From a virus (Duplodnaviria; Caudoviricetes), in the IMG/VR virus record IMGVR_UViG_3300020045_006106, positions 1 to 33,590 of that record: a stretch of DNA of 33,590 nt; one strand, 5' to 3'. Of this stretch, positions 32,958-33,590 are shown one piece after another. Each line of letters opens with the position of its first letter. The stretch's first letter is position 1. The translations under genes and the position numbers were made by a program. The notes beneath the pieces were generated by a model, which had not been told where the DNA came from, ran no database searches, and was given only the letters and a program-made list of their open reading frames with translations.

Positions 32958-33590
32958 GATTTTCAATCGAAGCAGAGCAAAGCGTGATTGGCGGGCTGCT
33001 ATTAGATCCTAACCGGCTGGATGAGGTTTTGGAGATTACGCAAGCTGATGACTTTTACAATCTTGATCACCGGTTCATATTCGGCGCCATTTGCGACATG
33101 GGCGCGACTGGAAAAACTGTTGACGTGATTACCCTATCGGAGAGATTAAACGATATCGGTGAGTTGGAGCGTATTGGCGGACTTGGTTACTTGGTAGAAC
33201 TGGCTAACAACACTCCAAGCGCCGCCAATGTTAAATCCTATGCGCATATCGTTGCAGATCGAGCAATGGAGCGCCGTATCACTGAGGCTGGGCAGCGTAT
33301 CGCGGAATTGGGCGATGATGAATCTATCCAAGTTGACGACAAGCTTGAAACACTTCACGGCGAGCTTTCAGGAATGGAGCGCCGCGATTCCGTTGAGGTA
33401 ACCAATTTTGACCAGATCATCAAGTCTCGGGTGCAGGTTATCGATGGCAAGTTCAGGGGAACAGCTAAGCGCGGACTTGAGTGCGGATTTAAAGCCCTTG
33501 ACGAACGCTTTCAGGGGATTGGCGACACTGACCTATGGATTCTTGCCGCTCGCCCCGCAATGGGAAAAACAGCCCTTGCAATGAACCTTG
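32954..33590 (+). CDS. dnaB: Replicative DNA helicase, 3'-truncated by window
   Basis: ATGA-coupled; 'SIEAEQSVIGGLL', 'YLVELANNTPSAANV..YA.IV', Walker A 'AARPAMGKT'. Confidence 0.95.
   Translation, partial: MRFSIEAEQSVIGGLLLDPNRLDEVLEITQADDFYNLDHRFIFGAICDMGATGKTVDVITLSERLNDIGELERIGGLGYLVELANNTPSAANVKSYAHIVADRAMERRITEAGQRIAELGDDESIQVDDKLETLHGELSGMERRDSVEVTNFDQIIKSRVQVIDGKFRGTAKRGLECGFKALDERFQGIGDTDLWILAARPAMGKTALAMNL

Overview
Fragment of a tailed, siphovirus-like dsDNA phage or prophage genome, probably from a Gram-negative host (it encodes inner and outer spanins). On the + strand, 1-21602 is a late operon: major capsid C-terminus, neck genes, a gp7/F-like head protein, tail terminator, HNH endonuclease, tail tube, frameshifted tail chaperones, a 1570-aa tape measure, tail-tip genes and a split lysis module. 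A four-gene methyltransferase/glycosyltransferase cluster sits inside the neck-tail block and is a candidate virion-glycosylation system. The most striking region is 21599-23720, an integron-like cassette array with no integrase in the window. It has four complete attC sites, two boundary sites and five cassettes, each with exactly complementary R'/R'' core sites. One cassette is a canonical forward-gene, bacterial-type cassette; four carry small phage-type genes inverted relative to attC and co-oriented with the leftward early operon (YopX, YqaJ exonuclease, RecT). A back-to-back sigma70 promoter pair at about 28760-28820 drives a candidate ribbon-helix-helix regulator and many small genes, followed by a structured leader RNA, a DUF1376/YdaU-type replication initiator and a truncated DnaB helicase. 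All family assignments come from motif recognition by eye and synteny, not from database searches.
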